The notes under the pieces were generated by a model. It did not search any database. It saw only the letters and a list, made by a program, of their open reading frames with translations, and was not told where the DNA came from. Of a stretch of DNA of 64,000 nucleotides, positions 1 to 9,721 are shown piece by piece; within the stretch, counting starts at the first letter, position 1; every line of letters begins with the position of its first letter. The DNA is taken from contig OZ244720.1 in NCBI GenBank assembly GCA_965219085.1, positions 2,400,001-2,464,000 on the forward strand. The letters are read 5' to 3'. The translations under genes were made by a program, and so were the position numbers. This DNA comes from Dehalococcoidia bacterium (lineage in GTDB: Bacteria; Chloroflexota; Dehalococcoidia; UBA2979).

Positions 1-880
1 TGCCGGGGTGCGGGTCGGCGTGGAACACGCCGTACCGCAGGATCGTCACGTTGTAGATGTCGATCAGCGCTGCGGCGATGGCCGCGGTGTCGATGCCCAG
101 CTCGCGCAGCTCCTCGACGTTCGTGATCTTGATGCCGTCGAGGTAGTCCATCGTCAGCACGCGGAGGCTCGAGCGCTCCCAGTAGATGCGCGGCACGAGC
201 ACGTCGTCGCGGTCGGCGAGCAGCGCCGCGATCTCCTCGGCGGCCCGTCCCTCGTGCTCGAAGTCGATCTCATCGGGCGCGTTGCGCTCGAGCTCCTGGG
301 CGAGCGGGCGGAAGTCGATCACGGTCTCGATGCGCGCCCAGATCGACGTCAGCCAGCGGATCGTCTCGATGTCCCACGCGACGATGCGGTCGATGCCGGG
401 GTACTGGACCTTCACGGCCACGTCGGTGCCGTCGTGCAGCCGCGCGCGGTAGACCTGCGCGAGCGAGGCGGCGGCGACCGGCTCGCGGTCGAACTCCGCG
501 TACAGCTCGTCGACGGGTCCGCCCAGTTCGCGCTCGATGAGCGGCTGCATCTCCTCCCACGGCCGCGGCGGGACGCCGTCGTGGACCAGCGACATCGTCT
601 CCACGTACTCCTCGCGGAGGATGTCGGCGCGGCTGCCGAGGAACTGCACGGCCTTGATGATCAGCCCCTGTTGCTTCACCGAGCGGCGCACGACGGCGCG
701 CGCGGCGCCGAGGTGGAAGCGCGCGGTCTGCTCGGGCAGGTCGGAGCGGCGCAGCCGCCGCATGATGCGCAGCCAGCGCCAGCGCAGCCACAGCAGCACC
801 ACCGTGACGGCCATCAGCACGAAGCGCCGCCATCGGCCCGAGGGCGGCCGGGGCGGATCGGCGATTGGTGCGTGCGTCAT
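1..880 (-). CDS. ABC1/AarF/UbiB-family atypical protein kinase, 3' end outside the window
   Basis: Manual minus-strand translation from ATG at 880 gives AAASLAQVYRARLHDGTDVAVKVQYPGI and GVFHADPHPG motifs; absent from the ORF track because it runs off the window. Confidence 0.9.
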   Translation of the reverse strand, partial: MTHAPIADPPRPPSGRWRRFVLMAVTVVLLWLRWRWLRIMRRLRRSDLPEQTARFHLGAARAVVRRSVKQQGLIIKAVQFLGSRADILREEYVETMSLVHDGVPPRPWEEMQPLIERELGGPVDELYAEFDREPVAAASLAQVYRARLHDGTDVAVKVQYPGIDRIVAWDIETIRWLTSIWARIETVIDFRPLAQELERNAPDEIDFEHEGRAAEEIAALLADRDDVLVPRIYWERSSLRVLTMDYLDGIKITNVEELRELGIDTAAIAAALIDIYNVTILRYGVFHADPHPG

Positions 881-942
881 CACGCTATCCCCTCGACGCG
901 CCCCTCGACGCGTGGGCGGGGCGTTGCGTTACGATCGTAGCG

Positions 943-2145
943 ATGGCGATCTTCAATCCGTTCCTGCCCTCGTACCAGGCCAACCCGTATCCGGCCTACG
1001 CGGCGCTGCGCGCCGAGGACCCGGTGCACTTTAGCGCCGCCATCCAGGCCTGGGTGCTCACGGCCTACGAGGACTGCGAGCGCGTGCTCCGCGACGTGGA
1101 GACGTTCTCGTCGAGCTCGTACACCGCCTCGGGCCAGCTCGCGACGGCGCTGCAACAGCAGCGGCGCGAGTTCCCGCTGGGCGAGGCGCCGACCGTGCTC
1201 AACTCGGACCCGCCCGTGCACACTCGCCTCCGCACGCTGCTCAACCGCGCGTTCACCCCGCGCGCCATCGAGGGCCTGCGCGCGCACATCGAGGAGATCG
1301 CCGCCTCGCTGCTCGCCGGCGCGGACCGCGCGGGCGGGCGCTTCGACGCCGTGACAGGCTTCGCGCAACCCCTCCCAATCATCGTAATCGCGGAGCTCCT
1401 CGGAGTCCCACCGGGTGATCGCGATCAACTCAAGGAGTGGTCGACGGCCATCGCGAACACGACGAACGTGCTCAACACCGAGGGGGCGCTCGAAGCCGCG
1501 CGTCAGGCCACCGTCGAGCTCATCGCCTACATGGACGAGGTGGTCGCCCAGCGCCGCACCGCTCCGGGCGCCGACATCATGACCGCGCTCGTGCAGGCCG
1601 AGGAGGGCGGCGACCGCCTCTCACACGACGAGCTGCTGGCGTTCTCGATCCTGCTCCTCCTCGCTGGCCACGAGACGACGACGAACCTCATCGGCAACGG
1701 CCTGCTCGCCCTGACCGAGCACCCGGAGCAGGCTGCGCGCCTCCGTGCGGACCCAGACCTGCTGCCCTCGGCCGTCGAGGAGTTCCTGCGCTACGACAGC
1801 AGTGTGCAGGGCGCGGTGCGCTTCGCGCGCCAGACCGCCGAGGTCGGCGGCCGCACCATCGAGCAGGGCTCCACGCTGCTGCTGCTCGTGGGCGCCGCAA
1901 ACCGCGACCCGGCGCAGTTCCCCGATCCCGACGCGCTCGATGTCGCGCGTTCGCCGAACCGCCACCTCGCGTTCGGTCGAGGCATCCACTTCTGCCTCGG
2001 CGCGCCGCTCGCCCGGCTCGAGGGCGATGTCGCGTTCAGGGCGCTCCTCGAACGCTTCCCGGAGCTGCGGGTCGCCGAGGGAGGCGCGGAGCGCAGCGGC
2101 ACGCTGGTGTTGCGGGGCATAGGCAAGCTCGAACTCGAGGTCTGA
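943..2145 (+). CDS. Cytochrome P450
   Basis: I-helix AGHETT, EEFLR (ExxR) and heme motif FGRGIHFCLGA; TACGAT 7 nt before the ATG. Confidence 0.95.
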   Translation: MAIFNPFLPSYQANPYPAYAALRAEDPVHFSAAIQAWVLTAYEDCERVLRDVETFSSSSYTASGQLATALQQQRREFPLGEAPTVLNSDPPVHTRLRTLLNRAFTPRAIEGLRAHIEEIAASLLAGADRAGGRFDAVTGFAQPLPIIVIAELLGVPPGDRDQLKEWSTAIANTTNVLNTEGALEAARQATVELIAYMDEVVAQRRTAPGADIMTALVQAEEGGDRLSHDELLAFSILLLLAGHETTTNLIGNGLLALTEHPEQAARLRADPDLLPSAVEEFLRYDSSVQGAVRFARQTAEVGGRTIEQGSTLLLLVGAANRDPAQFPDPDALDVARSPNRHLAFGRGIHFCLGAPLARLEGDVAFRALLERFPELRVAEGGAERSGTLVLRGIGKLELEV

Positions 2146-2190
2146 GGTCCCGCCTCGGTCCCGGCGAAGCGCGACAGGGGGCAGTCCATC

Positions 2191-2559
2191 GTGAGCGACG
2201 AGGCGACCGGCTACGACCGCGACAACGTGTTCGCACGCATCCTGCGCGACGAGATCCCGAGCGACCGCGTCCATGAGGACGATGAGTTTGTCGCGTTCCG
2301 CGACATCAACCCCGCCGCCCCGACGCACATCGTGCTGATCCCGCGCGGCGAGCCCCCCGCAGGCCCGGCGGACCTCGTGGACGGCGACGCGGGCTGGGTG
2401 GGTCGCATGCTCGTGGTCGCGTCACGCATCGCCGCGCAGGAAGGGCTCGCCGAGGGCGGCTACCGGCTGGTCGTGAACAACGGCCCGGACGCCGGCCAGG
2501 AGGTGCAACACCTCCACATGCACATCCTCGGCGGCGGCGAGCTCGGGCCGATCGCCTGA
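2191..2559 (+). CDS. HIT-family (HinT-like) nucleotide hydrolase
   Basis: AFRDINPAAPTH and GQEVQHLHMHILGG histidine triad. Confidence 0.93.
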   Translation: MSDEATGYDRDNVFARILRDEIPSDRVHEDDEFVAFRDINPAAPTHIVLIPRGEPPAGPADLVDGDAGWVGRMLVVASRIAAQEGLAEGGYRLVVNNGPDAGQEVQHLHMHILGGGELGPIA

Positions 2560-2641
2560 CCTCGGCTCGACATCGGGACGCCCTCGAGGTTGGGTGGCGC
2601 GTCGCGGCGTGGGCGCGTTGTACCCTACGGTCGCCGCGAGG

Positions 2642-2718
2642 GGGCCCGTAGCTCAGCGGCCTAGAGCAGTCGGCTCATAACCGATCGGTCCCAGGTTCGA
2701 ATCCTGGCGGGCCTACCA
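2642..2718 (+). tRNA. tRNA with CAT anticodon, most likely tRNA-Ile2 (lysidine-modified)
   Basis: Cloverleaf with acceptor GGGCCCG/CGGGCCT, anticodon arm GTCGG-CTCATAA-CCGAT, T-loop GTTCGAAT and encoded CCA. The paired first base pair excludes fMet; Ile2 versus elongator Met is inferred from resemblance. Confidence 0.9.
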
Positions 2719-2866
2719 CAGTCCACTCGACACAGGGAGTCGGCATTCCGGCCCGTTGGGGTCGCGAGGATTCCGTTCTTCAAACCCTGCACACCCCCAC
2801 GGCCTCCACGCTATGCTTGGTTTGCTCAGCTACCGGCTGCGCGAGGAGGTAGGGCTGCACTCTGCC

Positions 2867-3514
2867 ATGGCCGACAACAGATTCGTCGGGATTGCTCTCA
2901 TCCTCCTGGGGTTGTGGTTCCTGTTGCCACTGGTGAGCGGCGTCGAACTCCCGCTGGCGCAGTGGTGGCCGGTATTCCTTGTGGGCGCCGGACTCGCCGC
3001 CGCCTTCAGCGGAAATTGGAGGGGCGGCGTTACGGTGATTGCGGTAGGGGCCGCATTTCTCCTGTCTCACCTGGGCATTCTCAGCTTCGACGCCTCATCT
3101 CTCTGGCCAGTAGCGCTCATCGTTATCGGTGCGGCCATCATCGTCAGTTACCGGCGCCCCGGCGCCGGCACAGTTCCTGGGGCAGGCGATGCGCTCAACG
3201 TGGCCAGCCTCTTCTCCAGTAGCAACCAGGTCCGTGGCGGCGAGCACTTCCGCGGCGGCAACGTCTCCGCCACGTTCGGGAGTGCGGAGATAGATCTCCG
3301 CGCTGCTACTGTGGTTGACGGCGTGGCCGCAGTCAACGCGAGCGTGCTCTTCGGCCGCATCGACCTCCGGGTTCCAGCCGACTGGGCGGTCGATGTGCGC
3401 TCATCCGCCACCTTCGGAAGTATTGAATCACGGCGGGCGGAACCCTCCGAACCACGAGCCAGGCTCACTGTCACAGGCTCCTGTCTGTTCGGCGCGATAC
3501 TCATCACGTCCTGA
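2867..3514 (+). CDS. LiaF-like cell-wall-stress membrane protein (4 TM plus DUF2154-like C-terminal domain)
   Basis: Hydrophobic N-terminus with WWPVFLV/LWPVALI; C-terminal FRGGNVSATFGSAEIDLR and LFGRIDLRVP. Confidence 0.75.
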   Translation: MADNRFVGIALILLGLWFLLPLVSGVELPLAQWWPVFLVGAGLAAAFSGNWRGGVTVIAVGAAFLLSHLGILSFDASSLWPVALIVIGAAIIVSYRRPGAGTVPGAGDALNVASLFSSSNQVRGGEHFRGGNVSATFGSAEIDLRAATVVDGVAAVNASVLFGRIDLRVPADWAVDVRSSATFGSIESRRAEPSEPRARLTVTGSCLFGAILITS

Positions 3515-3543
3515 ACGGCAGCCAGTCCACCGGCTGCACGAGC

Positions 3544-3606
3544 GAGGAGCAGTTGGCGACGTGGATCCGTCAGGCGGCCGCCCTGCCCGGCTGGCGAGGC
3601 TTCTGA
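3544..3606 (+). pseudogene. Orphan 3' fragment resembling the C-terminus of a DUF1801-type protein
   Basis: Reads EEQLATWIRQAAALPGWRGF-stop with no upstream gene body; family recognised from memory only. Confidence 0.45.
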
Positions 3607-3673
3607 CAACGCAGGGCCCGCCAGCTCGGACGGGAGGTTCGCTGGGCCTGCTTCGCTCGAGCGGCGGTACAGC

Positions 3674-4072
3674 CTACCCACCTGCCCGGGCCCGGACCTC
3701 GCACTCCAGGCATTCGTCCATGACCACCATCAGGCCGGCGTCCCGCGCCGCCGATGCACCCTCGTGGTTCACCACACCCCGCTGCATCCAGACCGCGCGT
3801 GCCCCGACTCGTATGGCTTCGGCGACGATCGCCGGAACCTCCTCGGAGCGTCTGAAGATGTCGACGGCGTCCACGGGCTCCGGAATCGAGGCAAGGTCGG
3901 GGTAGCACTGCTCGCCGAGGATCTCCGTTGCCGCGGGGTTCACCGGAATGATGCGGAGGCCCTGTTCCTGGAGGTATTGCGCTACTCCGTAGCTGTCCCG
4001 CTCGGGGCGGGGTGACAGGCCGACGACCGCAACGGTCCTGCATGATTCGAGCACCCGGTCGATATCATTCAT
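3674..4072 (-). CDS. CoA-binding protein (YccU-like)
   Basis: TVAVVGLSPRPERDS, IIPVNP, VDAVDIFRRS, VWMQRG. Confidence 0.9.
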   Translation of the reverse strand: MNDIDRVLESCRTVAVVGLSPRPERDSYGVAQYLQEQGLRIIPVNPAATEILGEQCYPDLASIPEPVDAVDIFRRSEEVPAIVAEAIRVGARAVWMQRGVVNHEGASAARDAGLMVVMDECLECEVRARAGG

Positions 4073-4148
4073 GCCACGCCTCCGTAGTCGAACTCCACCC
4101 TCCAGCGCACGACTATACGCGCGCAGGACACGGCCACCCGGGCAGGCG

Positions 4149-7100
4149 CTACCGACGCGCCCCGGCGAGTTGCCTCCGCACCAGCCGCGCGTACAGCCCG
4201 TCCCGCGCGGCGAGCTCCTCGTGCTGCCCGATCTCGACCACTCGCCCCTCGTCCAGCACGACGATCTGGTCGGCGTCGCGGACCGTCGACAGGCGATGCG
4301 CGATCACCAGCGTCGTGCGGTCCGACATCAGTTCGTCCAGCGCATCGCGGACCAGTCGCTCGTTCAGTCCGTCGAGGTGTGACGTGGCCTCGTCCAGGAT
4401 CAGGACGGGGGCGTCCTTCAGCAGCGCGCGCCCGATGGCGACCCGCTGTCGCTGCCCGCCGGAGAGCTGCGCCCCGCGCTCGCCCACCGGCGTGCCGAGC
4501 CCGTCCGGCAGCGACTCGATGAAGTCGGCGAGGCCGGCGCGCTCGATCGCGAGCATGAGCTCGTCCTCGCCCGCGTCGGGTTTGGCGACGCGGAGGTTGT
4601 CGCGGATCGAGGCGTTGAACAGGTACGTGTCCTGCGCTACGAGCGCCACCTGGCCGCGCAGCTCGTCGAGGCGGTAGCTGCGCAAGTCCGCGTCCTCGAG
4701 CGTGATCGTGCCGTCCTGCGGGTCCCAGAAGCGCAGCATGAGATGCGCCGCCGTCGTCTTGCCCGCGCCCGAGGGGCCGACGAGCGCCACCGTGCCGCCC
4801 GGCTTGAGGTCGAACGACACCGCATCGAGCGCCGCGCGCGGTGTGTCCTCGTAGGCGAAACCGACGCGAGCAAACGCGCCTTCCGAGACCCCGCCACCGA
4901 CACCGCCATCGCCGCGCACCGCTGCTCCGGGCCCGTCGAGGACGGCCACGTGCTCGCTGTGTACCGCGGTGAGGCGTCGCGTCGCGCCGAGGGTGTCGCC
5001 GAGGCGACGCCCCACCTGCGCCAGCTCCGCGACGGGCATGAACGCGCCCATCGCGAGCAGCGTCAGCATCGGGGCGAGCGACGAGTCGACCTCGCCGCGT
5101 ACGGCGAGCGCCCCGCCGATCGTGAGCACGGCCAGGCCGCCGAACCCGGTGAGGCCCTCGAGCAGCGTCCGCTGCGTGGAGATCTGGCGGTTGAACCCGG
5201 CCCGCACCGGCCGGTAGGCGCGCATCAACCCCTCGAACTCGGTCTTGCGCTCGGGCTCGCGCTGGAACGCGGTGACCTCGCGCAGTCCCTGCAGCGTGTC
5301 GACCATGTGCGCGTTCAGTGCGCCGAGGTGGTCCCTCGAACGCGAGCCGAGCCGGTCCACGATGCGGCGCGTGAACAGCGGGCTCAGTCCCGCCACCACC
5401 AGCAGCGGCGCGAGACCCAGCCCGAGCCGCCAGTCGACGACGAACAGGGTGATCAGCGCCGCGCCGGGCACGACGAGGCTCACGAACGCGTTGGCGATGG
5501 TGTGCGCGAAGAAGTACTCGACCGTCTCCACGTCCTGCGTCGCCATCGACACCAGGTCGCCTGTGCGCCGTCGCAGCAGGTAGGCCGGCGCAAGTTGGTC
5601 GAGCTTGCGGTAGAGGTCGATGCGCATGTCGGCGAGCAGGCGGAACGCCATGTCGTGCGAGACCCAGTTCTCGAGGAACCGGAATACGCCGGTCAGCGCC
5701 GCGACGAGCATCAGCAGCACGGCGAGCAGGCCGATCGATTCTCCGTCGCGCACGTTCGCGACCATGAGCGCACCGATCACGCCCACGGCGATCGACCCCA
5801 GGAAGTACGCCACGCCCGTCACGAAGGTGAGGGTCGTCTTCAGCCAGTAGGGGGCGGCGAGGCCGAGCAGTCGCGCCAAGGTCTCGCGCCATCCCATGCC
5901 CTCGGCGCGGATGATCGCCTCCGTCGGCCCGCCGGCGTCCTCGCGCGTGGTCAGCGCGCTCGTCTCGCCGATGGCCGCGGCAGGCTCCGGCGCGGGAGCG
6001 CCCGCGGCCCACTCGTCTAGGCTGGAGTCGGTCATCTGGCCCGCCATCAGCCAGTCGTAGACCCCGCCCTGCTGCAGCAACGTGTCGTGATCGCCGCGCT
6101 CCACGAGCCGGCCGTCGTCCAGCACGAGGATCTCGTCGCAGGCGCGCACGCTGGACAGGCGATGCGCCATGATCAGCGTCGTCCGCCCCTGCATGAGCGC
6201 GTCGAGCGCCGTCTGGATCGTCGCCTCGTTCTCCGCGTCCACGCTCGACAGCGCCTCGTCCAGGATCAGGATCGGCGCGTCCCGCAGCAGCGCGCGGGCG
6301 ATCGCGATACGCTGCCGCTCGCCGCCCGACAGGCGGTGGCCGCGTTCGCCGATCACCGTCGAGTAGCCCTCGGGCAGGTTGGTGATGAACTCGTGCGCGT
6401 TCGCCGCGCGCGCCGCCCCGCGGATCTCGTCGTCCGCCGCGTCGGGCTTCGCGAAGCGCAGGTTCGCGAGCACCGAGCCGTGGAACAGGTACGTGTCCTG
6501 CAGCACGACCGCCATCTGCGCGCGGATATCCTCGAACCGCAGGTCGTTGAGGTCGTGGCCGCCGAGGCGGATCGTACCCTCCTGCGGCGTGTAGAGCCGC
6601 TGCAACAGCCACACCAGCGTCGACTTGCCGGAGCCGGAGCGCCCGACCACGCCGATGCGGCGGCCGGGCTCGACGGTGAACGAGACCCCGCTCAGCGCCG
6701 GACGCCGCCCGGTCGGGTAGCTGAACGTGACGTTGTCGAACTCGATGCCCGGCTCGAGGTCGGGGACCGGTGGGGCGTCGGTGTCCGGCGTCAGCGGCTT
6801 CGCCCGGTCGATGTCGAGCACGCTCTCGGCCGCGGCCACGCCGAGCAGTCCCTGGTGGAATAGCTGGCTCAGCTCGCGCAGCGGACGGAACACCTCGACG
6901 CCGAGCATGAGCACGACGAGCAGCTCGGCCAGCTCCATCGCGCCGCTCTCGACCCGCAGCGCCCCCACGAGCAGCGCCACGGCCGCTCCCACGGTGATGG
7001 CGAGGATGGTGAGGCCCTGCGCGATGGCGTTGTTCACCAGCACGCCCATCGTCGAGCGGAACACCTCGTGCGCCCGCTGCGCCAGCGCCTCCCCGCGTCG

Positions 7101-7745
7101 GCCGCTCTGGCCGAACGCCTTGAGCGTGGCCAGCCCCTGCACGGAGTCGAGGAAGTCCGCCGCGAAGGAGCCGTAGGCGTCGCGCCGCCGCAGTGACGCC
7201 TCGGCGTTGCGCTGCTTCAGCAGCGACGGGACGAACAGCGTGGCGAGTGCGAAGGCGAGGTAGACCGCCGCCACCGGCAGGTCGAGCCAGCCCATGAAGA
7301 CGAAGATCCCCAGCGGCGCGACCGTCGCGACGATCAGCTGCGGCAGGTACTGCCCGAAGAATGTCTCGAGTAGCTCGACACCCTCGATGACCCCGACGGT
7401 CACGTCGCCGGTGCGCTGACGGTCGAAGTGCGCCGGTCCCAGTCGCGCCACCTGGTCGAAGAGCCGCTGGCGCAGCGCGAACTGCACCTCGAGCGCGGTG
7501 CCGTTGGCGATCTCCTCTTTGACGTAGTGCGCCACAGACGTCGCCACGACGGCCGCCGCCGCGGCGACGATCAGCGGCGTCAGCTCGGCGAGACCGTCGC
7601 CCTCGAAGATGCGTGCGCCGATCCAGCCCAGCAGGGCCAGCCGCGCGACCCCCGCGGCAACCGCGAAGAGCCCCACCGCAACCGCGAGGGCGATCCGCCC
7701 GCGCACACCCTGCGTGAAGCGCCACAGCTCCCGGGAGAAGGTCAT
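4149..7745 (-). CDS. Fused heterodimeric ABC exporter (TMD-NBD-TMD-NBD), CydD/CydC-like
   Basis: Two Walker A motifs (GRSGSGKS, GPSGAGKT), two signatures (LSGGE, LSGGQ), two ILDEA motifs; FFGQYLPQL and RTGDLVS TMD motifs typical of CydD/CydC. Confidence 0.85.
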   Translation of the reverse strand: MTFSRELWRFTQGVRGRIALAVAVGLFAVAAGVARLALLGWIGARIFEGDGLAELTPLIVAAAAAVVATSVAHYVKEEIANGTALEVQFALRQRLFDQVARLGPAHFDRQRTGDVTVGVIEGVELLETFFGQYLPQLIVATVAPLGIFVFMGWLDLPVAAVYLAFALATLFVPSLLKQRNAEASLRRRDAYGSFAADFLDSVQGLATLKAFGQSGRRGEALAQRAHEVFRSTMGVLVNNAIAQGLTILAITVGAAVALLVGALRVESGAMELAELLVVLMLGVEVFRPLRELSQLFHQGLLGVAAAESVLDIDRAKPLTPDTDAPPVPDLEPGIEFDNVTFSYPTGRRPALSGVSFTVEPGRRIGVVGRSGSGKSTLVWLLQRLYTPQEGTIRLGGHDLNDLRFEDIRAQMAVVLQDTYLFHGSVLANLRFAKPDAADDEIRGAARAANAHEFITNLPEGYSTVIGERGHRLSGGERQRIAIARALLRDAPILILDEALSSVDAENEATIQTALDALMQGRTTLIMAHRLSSVRACDEILVLDDGRLVERGDHDTLLQQGGVYDWLMAGQMTDSSLDEWAAGAPAPEPAAAIGETSALTTREDAGGPTEAIIRAEGMGWRETLARLLGLAAPYWLKTTLTFVTGVAYFLGSIAVGVIGALMVANVRDGESIGLLAVLLMLVAALTGVFRFLENWVSHDMAFRLLADMRIDLYRKLDQLAPAYLLRRRTGDLVSMATQDVETVEYFFAHTIANAFVSLVVPGAALITLFVVDWRLGLGLAPLLVVAGLSPLFTRRIVDRLGSRSRDHLGALNAHMVDTLQGLREVTAFQREPERKTEFEGLMRAYRPVRAGFNRQISTQRTLLEGLTGFGGLAVLTIGGALAVRGEVDSSLAPMLTLLAMGAFMPVAELAQVGRRLGDTLGATRRLTAVHSEHVAVLDGPGAAVRGDGGVGGGVSEGAFARVGFAYEDTPRAALDAVSFDLKPGGTVALVGPSGAGKTTAAHLMLRFWDPQDGTITLEDADLRSYRLDELRGQVALVAQDTYLFNASIRDNLRVAKPDAGEDELMLAIERAGLADFIESLPDGLGTPVGERGAQLSGGQRQRVAIGRALLKDAPVLILDEATSHLDGLNERLVRDALDELMSDRTTLVIAHRLSTVRDADQIVVLDEGRVVEIGQHEELAARDGLYARLVRRQLAGARR

Positions 7746-7997
7746 CGAATCATCCTTGTCGCCACCGAGGGCGTCTCGGCGCAGGTGCCATGCGGGGGGT
7801 GCCCACGCGAACGGGTGCACTGTGTCACAGACGTTTCAGTCGTCCCAGAGCCCCGCGCCGCGATGCCGACCCGGATGAGCGTCAGGGGCGCGCTTCCCGA
7901 GCCTGATCGGAGCGTGGCGTCGCGCTATCGTGTGCGCGCGGTCGCACGGGCCGCGGCGACCCGGCTCCAGCACGCGACCACCAGACGGGATGGCCCC

Positions 7998-8414
7998 ATG
8001 GCGCTCAGCATCTACCTGAACTTCAACGGCAACTGCCACGAGGCGTTCGACTTCTACCGCTCCGTGTTCGGCGGGGAGTTCGACAACATCCGGACCTTTG
8101 GCGACGGGCCTGACGACTTCCTCGTCCCGGAGGACGAGCGCGACCATGTCATGCACGTCTCGCTGCCCGTCGGCGGGAGCGTGTTGATGGGGAGCGACAC
8201 CCCGTCGTGGTCTCCGGAGCCCACGGAGGCCGGGAACAACTTCGCGATCTCCTACGCCCCGAGCACCCGCGACGAGGCGGACCGCCTGTTCGCCCGCATC
8301 TCGGAGGGCGGGACGGTGACGATGCCGCTCGAGGACATGTTCTGGGGCGCGTACTTCGGCAGCTGCACCGATCGCTTCGGCATCAACTGGCAGCTCAACT
8401 GCGAGCCCGAGTAG
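7998..8414 (+). CDS. VOC/PhnB-family glyoxalase-like protein
   Basis: YLNFNGNCHEAFDFY, VMHVSL, FWGAYFGSCTDRFGINW. Confidence 0.9.
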   Translation: MALSIYLNFNGNCHEAFDFYRSVFGGEFDNIRTFGDGPDDFLVPEDERDHVMHVSLPVGGSVLMGSDTPSWSPEPTEAGNNFAISYAPSTRDEADRLFARISEGGTVTMPLEDMFWGAYFGSCTDRFGINWQLNCEPE

Positions 8415-8568
8415 CCCGCCGGTGCCCACGCCCGGACGAGTTGCGACCGGGTCCGTGGCGTCGCCGCGAACAGCCCGGCGTGGAGGATCTGGCGTCGCTT
8501 CCACGTATTCTACACGTGGTAGCCGACGGATTTAGCGAGACCCGAACTCGCTGAGCGGGTAGACTGCC

Positions 8569-9264
8569 GTGACAGACGCGCAACGCGCGCGATCGGGAGA
8601 GGGCAAGCGCATGCTGCGGTTCGCGGAAGAGATCATCCTGCTCTTGCTCGGTGACGAAGACGGCAGGTTCGCGCACACGCGCAGCTGGACGCTGGACTAC
8701 GCCCTGGCCGGCGCGGTCCTGATGGATCTCGCGATGGAGGATCGTATCGACACGGACCTCGAGAACCTGATCATGCTCGACGCCACCCCCCTCGGCGACG
8801 ATCTGCTCGACCCGACGCTACGGGTTATCTCGGCGGGCGGACAGCAGGACATCCGCTACTGGGTGGAGCAGACCGCGCAGCGCTCGGCCGACATCCGCGA
8901 GGTCTCGCTGGCGCGGCTGGTTGAGCGCGGCATCCTGGAGGCCCGCGACGACCGCCACCTCTGGGTGTTCCGCTCGCGGCGCTACCCGGCCGTCGACGGT
9001 ACGGCGGAGCGCGAGGTGAAGCTGCGCATCATGGGCGTGCTGTTCAGCGACGAGATCCCGAGCCCGCGCGACGTGATGATCATCGCCCTTGCCGAGGCGT
9101 GCGGCATCTTCAGCGACCTGCTCTCCCGGCAGGAGCTGGAGCGCGCGGCCCCGCGCATCGAGCAGGTTCGCAAGCTGGATCTCATCGGGCAGGCCATGAC
9201 GCGGGCGATCCTGGACATCGAGCTGTCCGTGGCGGCCTCCGTCCAGGCCCGGATGTACTACTAG
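8569..9264 (+). CDS. GPP34/GOLPH3-family protein
   Basis: AEEIILLLL, LAGAVLMDLA, GDDLLD, LVERGIL, SRRYP; start may be ATG 8611. Confidence 0.8.
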   Translation: MTDAQRARSGEGKRMLRFAEEIILLLLGDEDGRFAHTRSWTLDYALAGAVLMDLAMEDRIDTDLENLIMLDATPLGDDLLDPTLRVISAGGQQDIRYWVEQTAQRSADIREVSLARLVERGILEARDDRHLWVFRSRRYPAVDGTAEREVKLRIMGVLFSDEIPSPRDVMIIALAEACGIFSDLLSRQELERAAPRIEQVRKLDLIGQAMTRAILDIELSVAASVQARMYY

Positions 9265-9372
9265 GCGCCCCTACCACTAGGCACCACGCTCGCTCCACGC
9301 CGCCACAGCTCGGAGGCACCGACGGCTACCGTCGACGCCCCTCTTGTTGGCACGACTGTCTGTGCACGACGT

Positions 9373-9404
9373 ACGGCGGCAGCGCCGAAGCGTGCTGCCG
9401 CCGT
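9373..9404 (-). terminator. GC-rich hairpin downstream of HU
   Basis: ACGGCGGCAGC...GCTGCCGCCGT inverted repeat. Confidence 0.55.
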
Positions 9405-9427
9405 CGAGCCGTGCAGTCGGCGCGTGA

Positions 9428-9721
9428 CTAGGCCGGTGCAGGCTCCTTGCCGGCCACGATCGCCTTGAGCTTCGAACTCGCCGTGAACTTCGGCGCGCTC
9501 GACGGCGGTACGACCACCGACTCGCCGGTGCGCGGGTTGCGCGCCATGCGCTCGCCACGCTCCACGCGGCTGAACTTACCGAGGCCCGGGTAGGACACTT
9601 CGGTACCCTCGCTCACGGATGCGGCGACGACATCGCGAAACCCGTTGAGGACGCGCTCGGTCTCAGCGTTGCTCGCCCCTGACTTCGCGGCGACCTCCGC
9701 GATCAAGTCTGCTTTGTTCAC
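9428..9721 (-). CDS. hup: HU-family DNA-binding protein
   Basis: MNKADLI, GLGKF, ARNPRTGE, PKFTAS. Confidence 0.93.
   Translation of the reverse strand: MNKADLIAEVAAKSGASNAETERVLNGFRDVVAASVSEGTEVSYPGLGKFSRVERGERMARNPRTGESVVVPPSSAPKFTASSKLKAIVAGKEPAPA

Noticed and set aside
8-940. 310-aa plus-strand ORF
   Set aside because: Antisense shadow of the ABC1 kinase gene; the real motifs are on the minus strand
3611-3651. 10-bp inverted match to the tRNA 3' end, considered as an att site
   Set aside because: Too short, inverted rather than direct, and explained as part of a hairpin
4069-7725. 1218-aa Arg/Ala-rich ORF and similar long alternative-frame ORFs (for example 59964-62864, 45217-47502)
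   Set aside because: Off-frame or antisense ORFs expected at high GC; they overlap well-supported genes and have no motifs
7746-7997. Possible riboswitch or Rex operator upstream of the CydDC-like gene
   Set aside because: Some hairpins and a weak palindrome, but no match to TPP, SAM, B12 or Rex consensus that I can support
9256-9287. 16-bp imperfect tandem repeat across the GPP34 stop codon
   Set aside because: Only 13/16 identical and much shorter than the 73-77 bp duplications; may be chance
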